A stretch of DNA of 62,956 bases, filler included, from Asterionella formosa (taxonomy: Eukaryota): assembly GCA_002256025.1 (NCBI GenBank). It is 16 parts of 16 records of this genome, joined end to end, with 100 filler letters (N's around TTAATTAATTAA, not from the genome) between each part and the next. Parts side by side here need not be neighbours in the genome. Positions count along the whole stretch, not along the records: positions 48,555 to 52,079 come from NKIB01014077.1; positions 52,180 to 55,706 come from NKIB01014078.1; positions 55,807 to 59,331 come from NKIB01014079.1; positions 59,432 to 62,956 come from NKIB01014080.1; 12 more parts are not named here. The stretch is one strand, 5' to 3'. Both the position numbers and the translations under genes were made by a program. Under the pieces are notes generated by a model. It saw only the letters and a program-made list of their open reading frames with translations, was not told where the DNA came from and ran no database searches. Positions 49,150-61,480 of this stretch are shown here, piece by piece (the stretch's first letter is position 1; each line of letters opens with the position of its first letter).

Positions 49150-50314
49150 AAAGGCATTTCCAATCACAAACAGGATTGGTTTGCCGAATGTTGCCTAACT
49201 CGGCTACACACAGTGAAACCGGAGTTAGGCAAAGAAGTGGAGAGTGACCCAGAGCTTGCCGATTTCATATGGAATGGTTCTGATGCACTAGCTACTTCCA
49301 ATGAATCAGACCATTGAACGTACCAACAAGGCACGTTTAGATTACATCAAATCAACATGAAAAGTTGAGAGAATGTCAGAATGTATTGAATAATCAATTT
49401 AAAGGAATCTTAGGTAAGTTCTTGCAGGGAGATGCTCCGAAAGCATGATGTTTTGAGTCGGGGATTATATTCTTATCAAATATGTTTCAATTTAAAAATG
49501 CTAACATAATTCATGACACACCAGCTGGTCTAACAGAATATAGCTAACTTCCAGACTATGTATATTGATGACTTTATTAGGTGGGCGTTAACGCTTTATC
49601 GTTTTGCGCAGTCAAAGGACATTGACAGGGGAAGCCATGTATACCAAGTCTGGCGTGATGTTCTTGCTCTGGTGTATTTTGTTATAGGCAGGATTTTGAA
49701 CAGGAGACAAATCTGGTGTGACCAAGCCAAATTTCAACTCAGTCTTCGGGCACAATGTGAATTGCAATCACGTTTTGTTGGTTCGCTGATCAATGCCAGT
49801 ACAGAAACATTTTGCTTCTTGGTGCGTGCTGAAAGAAAAATTCCGATTACAACAAAAATATTTGGGTTTCAATCCAGATACCCATGAAATTTCAGAGAAT
49901 TAGCGATATTCGTCATTCTACCGATTTTTTCGACATTGGTGGGAAACCACTTATTTAAAAAAGTGTGAGCATGGGAAGAAAGTTCAGTTTCAAATGGTCT
50001 TACTGATCAATGGACTGATGATTTACTCATTTATTATAGCTAAGGAAATCTACACTGGACTTTCACAAAAGAATCGATCTGAATATGGAAGGAATCCTAG
50101 TGGAATTGCTACTCCCACCACAAATATCATCTACCCACACTCATACTTCTCATTTCCCAACGTAAGTAAAGAGGATATGCATCAATTTGTTGAATCACTT
50201 CAATCAAATGTTCCTGAAAAGAATATTGATTATAATGACCGCATTAATCAACAGGACATTGATGACGATGTTGATTTTGAATGGATCTCATGGAATCCAA
50301 TGCATACTCAGTAG
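49150..50314 (+). pseudogene. Degenerate homologue of ORF-B
   Basis: LYRFAQ..IDR, CELQSRFVGSLINASTETFC, DIGGKPL, GLTDQWTD and HSYFSFP; several frameshifts; 5' extent uncertain. Confidence 0.75.
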
Positions 50315-50822
50315 TTACATAATAATTATAGTTAGTGTGAGACTTCTACAAATGCAAGCCATATCATAGATGATAGGAAAACATTGATTCTGCTCTATAC
50401 TACTATTACTATTAGTGCCGCCTGTACTAGCTATATGTAGTGGTATACCTCCATTTTTACTACTATGGTGGAGTGATAATTTCACGACTCTGTATTTTAC
50501 AGCACAGCATGTTCGAAGTGGCGCTCAATTTATTATTATATATTAATTCATTTTCATTCTATCCTTTTCATATACTGACTTGTTCATCTTTTGCAATTTG
50601 CAATGTCTTTGCGCACATTGCAATGGTGTTATCTGTGTCACTAATTGTAGCAACCGTGTTTTTTATGCATGTGGTCACTGTCGACATTGCATACAGGAAC
50701 ATCGAGTTCCTGGAATACATAGTGAAACTATGTATTGCGGTAGTGCATCTAATCAATAAAGGAAAGAAGTAAATGACGGCAGTGTAACTGCTGCAGCATT
50801 TAGGGAGATTAGACAAAGAAGA

Positions 50823-51310
50823 GTGTTGTGTCCTATCCTTGAATCAAGTGACCACAATCATCCACTTCATGACGACAGCGACGATTCAGTTTATAACAAT
50901 ATTCAGTCACAACAGGACGAACAATTGAGACTAAAAACTCTCCAAGGGTTCAATTCAGAAAACATGCAATATTCAGATTTTCAAGATCGCACCGGCTTTC
51001 TCCCTGAAAATGCAATGGAAATGCCCCTTCCTCCTCAATTTCAACTTCCAAGTAAACATTCTCTGAACATGCCTCCAATTGAATTAGAACTCATGTTATT
51101 CCTCAACGAGAATTACCTACCTTCCACCAGTTTACTTTGATCATCTAATGAAATGGCTGTTCAAGGCAAAAGCAATGAAATATTTTGATGGAAGGTAGCT
51201 ATCATCAAGCTCCATCCTACCAGACTTTGAAAAAACGCATGGATATTTCATTTCCACCAACATTAGCTGGTGGTCAACTGTTGACCAAACAAATAAAGAT
51301 TGATAACAAT
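50823..51310 (+). pseudogene. Probable N-terminal fragment of a Plavaka-like transposase
   Basis: Acidic leader then ELMLFLNENYLP..(shift) DHLMKWLFKAKA, resembling the helical N-terminus of these transposases; no catalytic motifs retained. Confidence 0.45.
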
Positions 51311-52179
51311 TCAAATATGATCATCCCACACACACTCCATTATTTGTTCATCAAATGAATGAGAATCACTGAGTTCTTCTTCATTATCAGCGATTTCGGG
51401 AGAATGAGGAGCAAAATACGACACTGGATGGTGGAACTGTGACTCTGTACAAATAGAGTCTTCATCCACGAAGACCAACTGTTTGGGTTTCCTCTTGCTT
51501 TCGAAAGCAATCATTCCTTCTTTTCAATCTCAGCCACTATTGTATCGGTTGGCATACTTCATTATTACTATTTTCTGGAGTATTATGAATCTGTTCAAAT
51601 TCGTTTGATCTTTGAGTGTATTCAAAGGAGCAAATCTTCGATTGATTTCATAACTTTCTTCATCTTCTTTTCCGAAAACATAAAGTCGTGAAGTGTAAAC
51701 AATGGAAGTAAGTCTCTTTTCTTGTTTGACTGATCCTTTCCATGAAATCCGTGAAATGCCATTTGGAAAGTTGTCAAAGGGCCAGAAGACTATGATGTAA
51801 AACAGTGGAAGGGAAACGCGAAGCTTATTGTGGCGCTTGTGGAGGTGGAACTGTTGTGATGGTAACTGAGTGTAGTAATTGTTGAACAGAGCACAGCAGT
51901 GTAATATGCATGTTCCGCCAGTGTAGTGTTTACACAATACACATGCTGGCACATATATAGCTAAAACAAGGAAAGACGACACGACAATGAACGTGATGGC
52001 TGGTTGTTGAGGATACCGGTATGTGATATGCATCAATCCATATCACAAATCATATTATAGTGATGTACATATCAACGCANNNNNNNNNNNNNNNNNNNNN
52101 NNNNNNNNNNNNNNNNNNNNNNNTTAATTAATTAANNNNNNNNNNNNNNNNNNNNNNNNNNNNNNNNNNNNNNNNNNNN

Positions 52180-52412
52180 GTGCCGCAAATGTGTTTGGAG
52201 ACAACGCAAGTGTGGTAAAGAATGTGACTAGGCCTGAGTCAACGTTAAATAAAAGGCATAATGCGATTGCTTATCACAAGTGTCATGAGGCTTGTGCATG
52301 CGGATCGGCGCGTGTTGCACATGAACCTGGTAAGGCTAACTGCTCTGATGGTCTAACGAAAATACTCACTGGGGTGCCGTTTTATCATTTTGCCAGGAGT
52401 GTTTTATATTAA
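52180..52412 (+). pseudogene. Copia RNase H C-terminus
   Basis: FGDNASVV.N...ESTLNKRHNAIAYH..E...N.SDGLTK. Confidence 0.9.
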
Positions 52413-52451
52413 ATTGTTTCTGTTATATCTATTAGAACATTGCTTGAGAGC

Positions 52452-53100
52452 GATATTAAGTGATGTTTGATACAGAACAAGGTTCAATGACTACTGTTCT
52501 TTTCCAAAACGGAATAGGAAGACAGTGGGTTGCGAATCGGAATACATGGTACAGCCCAAAATGGACTGAGTGATGAAGATCACTGGCAGAACCGGTCGTT
52601 ATTGTTGCAATGGAGGAGCGTTTTCACGGTGGCATCTGGCAGCCATGGTTACCACCGTGGGGGGACTGGTAAATTCTGGGTATATATGTCAGGGTGTCTC
52701 AGGCGTATGCTCAACGGGGAAACCGTTAGGTGTATTCCTGCGAGGTCTGTCTTGTGACATGCAGGCGCCTGGTACTAGCGGCCTGTATGACCAGCGTGCA
52801 TTTTGGTCATCCTTGAGTGGGTAATCCTTGTCTGGAATATGTCGAGTTTTTCCCATCCAACAAGTTGTGTTGGATATTGCTTTGTGATTACTTCTTTTAT
52901 GTGGTACCCTTCGATAGCGCTAATTGCAACATTAGGTTCAGTATTCTCCCCATCGCCTGTTTGATAGGAGAATTAGTCGGTTTATCAGACCCACGTAGCC
53001 TCTTCAGTAGCCTTCATCGGTTGATTGTTGTAATATTCGAAGGGAAAACTGCTGGCCAGCAAGCAACGTTTGTTTCGGCGTTCTGGGAGTCCGCTTTTGC
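52452..53100 (+). mobile_element. Putative Copia LTR/5' UTR between an RNase H end and the next gag
   Basis: Follows purine-rich TTGAGAGCGA and begins TATTAAG; non-coding. 3' boundary not determined. Confidence 0.5.
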
Positions 53101-53133
53101 GCATCGTTGTTCAGTGTTGGGGTCATTATCATC

Positions 53134-55706
53134 ATGTCATCAAGAACCAAGCAGAGGGTTCGACAGGGTGGTAGGGTCTCGAAGCGTGTCATTGCAGCTC
53201 AACGAGCAACAAGAGCGCAAATTCGAGCAGCCCAGGGAGAAGATGAGCTTCTGGAGCCGCCAGATGACATCGTTGAGGTGGAAGGAGTTGGGGGAATGCG
53301 GCCTGAAGTGATTCAGGAGGTCCGATTCCCCGCACCAGACCTGCAGGCAAGCAATTGGAGTCAGAGTGACAGTTCCTCTGGACTGGCAGACAACCCCAGC
53401 GATAGCTCAGGCGATAGTGGAGGCAACGGAAGCGATGATGATGATGACGATCCATCGGGCATTTCAGTTGGTGATCAACTTGCAATGGCGCAAGTGTTCA
53501 TTGAGTTTAATGGTGTGTTGGCAGAGCCGCAATTTCGAGAGAAATTGATCACCTTTGGACTCACCCCAGCCCAAGCAGATATCGTGATAGAGAATGGGGC
53601 GGTCTCAGCGAAATCTTTTGCACGCCTTTTCGATAAAGATGCCTTGGACAAACTCTTTCATTATGAAGGGTTGACAGGACTTCGAGTCCTGGTTATTCAA
53701 CGCATTAGGGTTTTACATCGATGGCTTCGACAGCAACAAGAGGCAGGTAGGAACCTTGGCCTCGTGAATCTCACCAAGTTTGATGATGACGCTCTCGCAT
53801 CTTTACTCGATCAGGAGGAAAGAGAGGGCACAACTAAAGGGAGATCTGTGGGGGGTGCCAAGGATGGGCTAACCCTGCCTACTTTTAATGGCAATCAGAT
53901 TTCTTATAAGACCTTCAATATAAAGTGGAGAGCTTATCTCTCTAACTCTAGAAATGAAGAAGGATAGGCGATAAGAAACAACAGAGCGAGAACAATTATA
54001 TTCCAGATAATGTAATTGAGGCAGTGAAGAAAGCTGGAGGGAAATTTGGGAGCAAATATGTGAGCTATCTACTCAGGGGTCGAAATAAAGAGGAAGGTCG
54101 TGTTGTTAAATCGGTATTGAGTGAAGGACATGACAATGAGCGAGCCGATTCTGAAGATGATGCAACTGAAGGTCCCAGCCACATGCCAAGTGACGCTGCT
54201 TCCGCATCATTCGGCCGCGACTCTCGGAATAGGCATTCTGAGAACCCAACCAAAAAGCAAAAGGTCAGCTCAACAAGCAGCACCCGTAGGGAGCTCGCTG
54301 GTGTAGTGACTCACTGTAAAGTGGGCTACAAGGTTGGAAAGGCACTAGTCATACAGCATCCTAATGACTTTAAGGTCACAGCTCGTCTGGAAGTGGATTC
54401 CAGAGCCGACACATGTTGTTTTGGGAAAACATTCCGCCTACTAGAGCAAAGCGATCGAGTGGCAGATGTTCAGGGCTTCTCTGGGGAGCTCGGATCTTTT
54501 TCAGATGTTCCAATTGGCACATGTGCAACAGCAATTGACCTAACAGGGCTACAGGAAACCATCATTGGTGTCTGGAACGAAGGCCTTTACTTTGGCAAGC
54601 GTTTAGACGATTCACTCCTCAACCCTAATCAGTGTCGAGCATATGGTATTGTAGTCGACACCTGCCCCAAGCAATATTCCCAAGGAAAATCTTTGCATGG
54701 AATTTATGTTCCAGAACAAGACCTTTTCTTCCCATTTAAGATGCATGGATGCATCAGCTATCTCACTACTCGCCTCCCTACCGATGATGAATTAGTCAAC
54801 TGTCGGCACGTCACATTTACTTCCGATGCAGCATGGGACCCTTATTCGCAGTCCTTTGCCAACCTCGAGAAGGTTTATGAAAATGTTGCTCGTGGAGATA
54901 CAACTGGGGAGTTCTTTAGCACACATGGCGACATTGTGCACTGTGTTGGAGCCACTTCCAGCACAGATCGCCGCTCAACTGTGGATGCAGCCACACTGGC
55001 CCGACGATGGGGGACAAGTTTGGCAACTGCAGCAAGTACCCTGCAGGCATCTACAACAAGAGCAGTTCGGTTTTACCCACAAATGGAAGAGCTCTCCCGC
55101 CGGTTTCGTACGCATCAAGGACAGCTACGATACCCTCACCTTCGTACTAGGTGGTACACTGATACCATGTTTCCCAAGGACAAGGTGAAGTCGGTGAGGG
55201 GACACACATGTGCACAACTTTTCTGTAATGATCAGTGTTGGGCCAAGGTGTATCCAATGCGCTCTGAGGCAGATTGTGGGGATAGATTCAATGCGGCCAT
55301 CCGGCAATATGGGATTCCAGAACTAGGTATCCACTCAGACAATGCAGCTGCGGAAACGGGGGACTTCACAGAGTTCGAGAGAGTCCGGAAGATCCACTTA
55401 GTTCCTCGCACAACAACAGAGCCTCACAGCCCCTGGATGAACAGAGCTGAGAGCGAGATTGGACAATTCAAGACGCATTGGCGTCGTATCATGAATAGGT
55501 ACAGATGTCCAGACATGCTGTGGTGTTTTGCAGCGGAATATACCTCCAACATCCGTGAGCTCATGTCTAGACCTGCACTTGAGGGTCGATCTCCATATGA
55601 AGTAATGACAGGTGAGACTCCTGATATTTCGGAGTATACAGATTTCGATTTCTATCAGTTTGTGATTTACTATGATCCCAATGATATGGACGAGAGTGGC
55701 CTGGCC
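53134..55706 (+). mobile_element. CoDi-type Copia gag (truncated), protease and integrase
   Basis: LPTFNG gag motif, LEVDSRADTCC protease, SLLNPNQCR, WYTDTMF, HSDNA, EPHSPWMNRAESEIG and GETPDISEY. Integrase precedes RT, as in Copia. Confidence 0.9.
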
Positions 55707-55806
55707 NNNNNNNNNNNNNNNNNNNNNNNNNNNNNNNNNNNNNNNNNNNNTTAATTAATTAANNNNNNNNNNNNNNNNNNNNNNNNNNNNNNNNNNNNNN
55801 NNNNNN

Positions 55807-57353
55807 ATGTTTGCGCCTTCGACAGTAATAGCAATTGGGAGTGACATGTAGGCATTTCCCAAATAATTCATGTCACCTCGGCAAATGGCAGATCCAGCGG
55901 CAATGTCCATACCACGTTCCACAATACGACGGCCACGTTCCGTACAGTTCTGCTTCATGACAGATGAAATTACCATGGGAGCTTCATGATTGTCCACAAT
56001 AGCATTCATCAAGTCAGTTCCAGCAATGGTAATAACTCCATCCGATGCAGCATTTCCAAGCGCTTCCTGGATACCCCCAAACTCTGCAATGGGCACTCTA
56101 AATTGCTTTCGAATACGAGCGTATGCTCCCACGGATGCAGCAACACCGCGTGCGGCACCAGCCGATCCGGCCGGGAGCGAGACTCCACGTCCTTCGGCAA
56201 GGCACTCCACAAACATGTGCCATCCATAGCCACATCTTTCTTGCCCACCTAGGATGCAGTCCATGGGGATCCAAACGTCTTCCCCTTCCACGGTGCCATT
56301 CATAAATGCAGCATTGAGGGGCATATGGCGGGGTCCCATGCGAAGGCCGGGGTGTCCTCGTCTGTTGGGAAATTTTGGATGTGTTAGCCAATAATCTAAA
56401 GCACACAAAGGAGTACAACAGCACAAGCAGCAACTCACTCCAACAAGGCCACAGTGAAGCCATCTTCTCCTTGTCCTTTCAGCAGGCCATTTGGATCTTT
56501 CAAGTTAAGCCCCAGCCCAATCACACCAGCCACCGGTGCCAAGGTAATGTACCTCTTCTTGAATGATGCCACGACGCCCAATTGCCCATCTCGTTCCGTC
56601 ACGATACAGTCGCTCTGAATGAGCGACGTGGCATCACTTCCAGAATGTGGTCCCGTCAACCCAAAGCAGGGGATGAGTGTCCCATCGGCCAATCGAGGAA
56701 GAAAGTACTCCTGTTGTTCGCGCGTTCCATATCGGACCAACAGTTCTCCCGGCCCCAATGAATTGGGAACCGCCACGGTCGCATTGGCATCAAAGCAATG
56801 AGTGGCAAGCTTTGCCAAAGTGGCCGAGACGGCTTGTGTCGAAAATCCCAAGCCCCCATACTCCTTTGGAATCTTCATTCCGAAGAACTTTTCATCTCTC
56901 ATGTAATCCCAAGCTTCCTTGGTAAAGTCCTTCTTGGTGGACACGTCATGATCATTCAAGAGAGCACAGAGTCGGTCGACCTTGTTGTGAACAAAGTCCT
57001 CCTCTTCAGCAGTCAATTTGGGTTTGTACGTGTCGACGAGATGCTTGAGAGATGGCGATCCCGAGAAAATGTCTCGATCGAACCCTGACAAATAATGAAT
57101 GGACGGGTGAGACAGGCGGGACTTATTCTCCATGCAGGCAACTCACACGCAACATCGTACCAATGGTGCCACATCCGAGAGCAATCTGTTCCGTCTTGGA
57201 GATGGAAGGCATGACTCCCTTGGCCAGACGGTACAATCGCTTGTCAAGCGCCTTGGAGATGCCAAGGATCGAGCGGCTTTGTTGCTGTTGATGAGCAGGG
57301 AGTTTGCGTGATGCTCCCAGGATCATCTTTCGACCAAGAGTAGGAGGTACCAT
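55807..57353 (-). CDS. fadE: FadE-type acyl-CoA dehydrogenase, 3'-truncated; exons 57353-57161, 57084-56439, 56361-55807
   Basis: ISKTEQIAL..GT, FFGMKIPKEYGGLGFS, VPNSLGPGELL, PCFGLTGP.SGSDA, KRYITLAP, GRGVSLP and AITVEGAN. GT-AG introns of 76 and 77 bp restore the frame. Confidence 0.93.
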
Positions 57354-58211
57354 GATGTGAGGGCGTGGATTCGGTGTTGCTGTTGATGAAGAAAGTGAAC
57401 AAGGTTTCTTGCTGTGTCGTTCTCCTGGCTTTTTTCTTCTCGCAGATTGCAAATTTTGTGGGATATACACAGGACATACATATCACTGATGGATTTCACG
57501 CCAGTACACAACGGTAATCGAGTACTGTATGATCCAGTACTGATGATGGACTACGTAGTTGTACCTCGGAGTACCGGTAGCCAAGTATTAACAGTACCAG
57601 GTAGTGCTAATAGCTAAGAAAGTCCTGAGTGAAGTACCAGTATTACCGGTACACCGGTATGTATGACTATGTACTGGTACCTGGTAGTGATCGGTGATGG
57701 ATCGAATTGTGGTGTCAATCAAATTGTTGCTGCAGATGCACCTAAAGTTGATGAGAACTCCAATCAAGATGATGCGCTCGTTCTATTATGATCGCTTCGT
57801 GATGTCCGGATGCGCGCAGCACCAACAAGCAAAAGATGAGCGAGAGAATTATTGAACAGAGAAGAAATACCGGTGCGTAGAATAGCACTATAAATACATT
57901 TATGTAGACCGAGCTATACATAGCAATACTACATACCGGTACATAAGACATTTCCCTCACAACTCCTCCCCCACCTCTTCGTACATAGGCTGCTGCCCCG
58001 TGCCTTTTTATGACTTTCAAGTCCACAGTGGTGTCAAATTGATTCACGGTCCTTTTCACAGAATGTTGGCGTTGCAGATGGCTGACTTTAAAAGTCGAGT
58101 GAGTCATGGATGAAAAAAATTATCATGACGGACAGAATCTTGTCGTAGACTACTGGTACCAGGTTCCGGAGCTCCTGATGGGAGTATAGTAACAGGTACC
58201 AGGTACTCCTA

Positions 58212-58309
58212 CCAGCAAGTTGCGGTAATTTTGCTGAAAATGAAGATTTAGCTTTCTTTATCCGAGATTAAAATGTTTATTTAAGCAAAATGAGCTGAAC
58301 TTGCAAAGG
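58212..58309. mobile_element. ~98-bp MITE, copy 2
   Basis: Same left TIR and internal sequence as 43659-43755; TA flanks; right TIR more decayed. Confidence 0.8.
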
Positions 58310-58780
58310 TACCAGCAGGTAAGAGGGAGGCACGGTGGCGCCTTTGTCTTATAACATTTGACGCTTCTTCCTAGTGCGCTCAAGTACTGCCCTGGGATGG
58401 CCAGTCAAGATCTATCTTGCGCTGCTCATTTGCTTATTAATTTGCTGTATAAATACTGTCTATTTCCATTTAGACATTCCTCAGACAACTTTCTAGTCTT
58501 TGGACATGTGTTGACATCAACAACCTAACAGAAACACTTCTGATACATGTGCGCACTTACCAGTATTCAGTGTTTCAACTCACTCTCAATGACTTGTCCC
58601 ATGCCTACTGGACAAAATAGGTTGGCTTTCCATTCCAAACTCTCTTAAGTACATTTATACAATGTCAATCATTCAATCCAAGTCATGCTCTGATCATCAA
58701 AATTGTGTTTACTTACTATTGCTAATAGTATTCAGCAACTGGAAAACAGTTAACTATGAATGGAATTCACCAATCAGTAG

Positions 58781-58925
58781 TAAGTCAACAATTTCTATTC
58801 ATCGTCAGCAAATTATAATCGTTGTCAGCAAATTGCAATCGTTGTCAGCAAATTCTAGTCGTTTTCAGCAAATTCTAGTCGTTGTCAGCAATTTCCAATT
58901 GTTGACAGCAAGTTCTACTCATTGT
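58781..58925. repeat. Tandem array of ~7 x 20-bp units
   Basis: Exact 20-bp period, consensus approximately GTTGTCAGCAAATTNYARTC. Confidence 0.92.
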
Positions 58926-59896
58926 AAAAAAAGAGTCATTTTGAAAATTTCAATGGACTATTTAATTCATATGGTTATATCATAGAGAATCAAAAAAATT
59001 GGTTTGACCTGCAGATTGCAGTAATGTAGAGTGTTACATACTGTGAAAGTGTTAAATCTCATCTTCACTTCATCATTTTGAATTGTGCATTGTCCAAACT
59101 ACATAAAGAAACAAGCCATTGGCGAGCGACTTCAATTTTCGTTGTCAATATTAGTGTTATTACAATTACTTTTTTACGATTGTATCATCTATGTCGTTTT
59201 AGATCATCTAAGACGCGAAATACGCCACTTTTCGAAATTTCGTCTACGTATGAGTGTTAATTATGTGGTACTTCACATGCATTAATGCCACTCTTCACGT
59301 AAAAAAGATTACTTTTAACGGTTTCATGTGANNNNNNNNNNNNNNNNNNNNNNNNNNNNNNNNNNNNNNNNNNNNTTAATTAATTAANNNNNNNNNNNNN
59401 NNNNNNNNNNNNNNNNNNNNNNNNNNNNNNNTAGAATGGAAATACCGGTACTCATAAAATGCGATAGAGTCGTATTCCCGGTACCGGTACCTGGTATGTA
59501 CCAGGGTACCTGGTATATCACCATAAGCTATATTCATATTATTATGCAGAAGGAAAATACACGATGAAGCAAGGAGCAGCGGTACCATGTACCGTATGAT
59601 CATTGTTGCTAGCTTGTGCACGGTACTACTGGTACCAGGTAGTTAACTACTAGCGCTTGCTTCCACTACGGGTTTAACTGGGAGTTTAATTTTTTACGAC
59701 TACGTTCCCGGTATTGACTTGGCGAGCAGTTAAGTATTTCAATATTGATATGAAAGTATACCAGTATACTGATACTGCTTCCAAAGCAGTATTCTTATTG
59801 TCATTACTATGCACAAATTTTTTTCGGCCAATAACAAGCGATGCAGCAGGCAGCAGGCAATCATGGCAGCTACTTAAGTGCTTTGGTTCTATCATG

Positions 59897-61480
59897 TTAA
59901 TCTACTTTATCATTGTCATCCATCTCTAATTTGATAGTCCTACTCATTGCTTTACCGACCACAACCTCATTCCAGTAATGTCTATTCATTTTTAGAAATA
60001 GGATCGCTTCAAACACAGCAGGTGATGTTGACTTCCTCACACAAGTAAGAATGTGCTTGGCAATGGAAAAGAGCCTTTCACAACTAACAGAAGTACCAAG
60101 GAGGAGGTCAAGACAAATGTAATTTTCATTGATGGACCTGATAGCACACTTGCGCCATTTAATTCTCCCTTTTATCAAATCTACATAGTTTTGTTGGTGT
60201 TCTGAAGAAACAGCACCATCTGAATTTTCAGGATGTTCTTCCAAGAAATCATTACTTATACCATCAGCAGGTGCAGCATGCGTCTTCCTAAGTTTTGCAA
60301 CTTTATTGCTCTCTTCGGCATTCAGCTCTTCACCTTTCATTACCTTCATGACAGCCAACTCAAACAGTTTGTCATGCACAGTATGTGAATTCATGGTAAG
60401 GTACTTTTTGAAATCAGGATACTGGTCTTCAAGCACATGATCAAATATTTCACGTACTTGCAGGGATGTGATTCCTTGTCTCTGGAGTGCTACAGTGACT
60501 TGATTAAACTTTGTCATGTGCTGAAATGCTGTTTGCAACTCCCTCGCTTCCATACAAGATACTAGCATGAGAGCATCGACTCTCTCAAGGTGCTGTAACT
60601 TGATCTCAAAGAAACGTTTTATCATGCTATACTAAGATGACCATTGTGTTACATTTTCTGTGATGATCACAACAGGAGCAGTGTATTGTCTTTGAGATGC
60701 AGAGTCTTTTAGTGTTCCCGCCTTCTTCATCAAAATGCTTAGATTCATAAAAATTCAAAGGAGACTGGGCTGTTCCATTACCCAATTCTTGATTGCTAGG
60801 TTAAACTTGTGCGAGCCACACCCCAACAAAGGAACTCCAAGAATTCTTGCCATGCTTTGATTATCTGGGCAGTTGTCTCCAGCAGGAAGGCAAACAATGT
60901 TGTCCACTGTCTTCCCATAGTGCGCAAGAGTCTTGGTGATATGACAGACATGGTCTTAACTTCTTCAGCAAGTAGAGGCTGCATCGACAACAATGTTTTA
61001 ATAGCTAAGTTGCCGATAGGATCAATGTAGGATGCATGAATTCCAATGAAATGTTCATTCCCCTCTGTCCATCCATCAAATACTAGCACCAGCTGGTTTG
61101 GTAGCTGCTCCTTAATCTTTGTTTTTACCTCTGACTGTAACAAGAAAATCATTTTCCTAAGCAACTCTGAGGCAATGGCACCATAGCGCATCCCTTTGTG
61201 TGTGATTCCATTATCAACTTCTGCTAGTGGCATTTTTTGCATGACTACCCACTCCATCCAATGGACCATGTCCGATTCTTGTTTGCTAACTGAAGGAGTG
61301 AATGAAGAGAGAAAATTTTGCTTCAAACAGAGGTGGCTGGTATTCAGCTTGGTACTCTGGTCCCACACAAGCCTTTGGATGCGCCAACAGGCAGGTTTGT
61401 CCAACCCCCTGACTTCTTCTTGTCTTGTTGATATTTCTTGCACCTCCACAAAGTATCTCCTCCACCTTGACTACCATGCT
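59897..61480 (-). mobile_element. Degenerate hAT transposase
   Basis: LVFDGWT, GDNC, LLGCGSHKFNLAI, NVTQWSS and dimerisation-domain SCERLFS..FEAILFLKMN..YW. Inverted subterminal 16-mer AGTATACCAGTATACT at 59755-59770 and 61844-61859. Confidence 0.85.

Noticed and set aside
51311..52036. Minus-strand ORFs 51311-51514 and 51530-52036
   Set aside because: Possibly a decayed gene but no recognisable motif.
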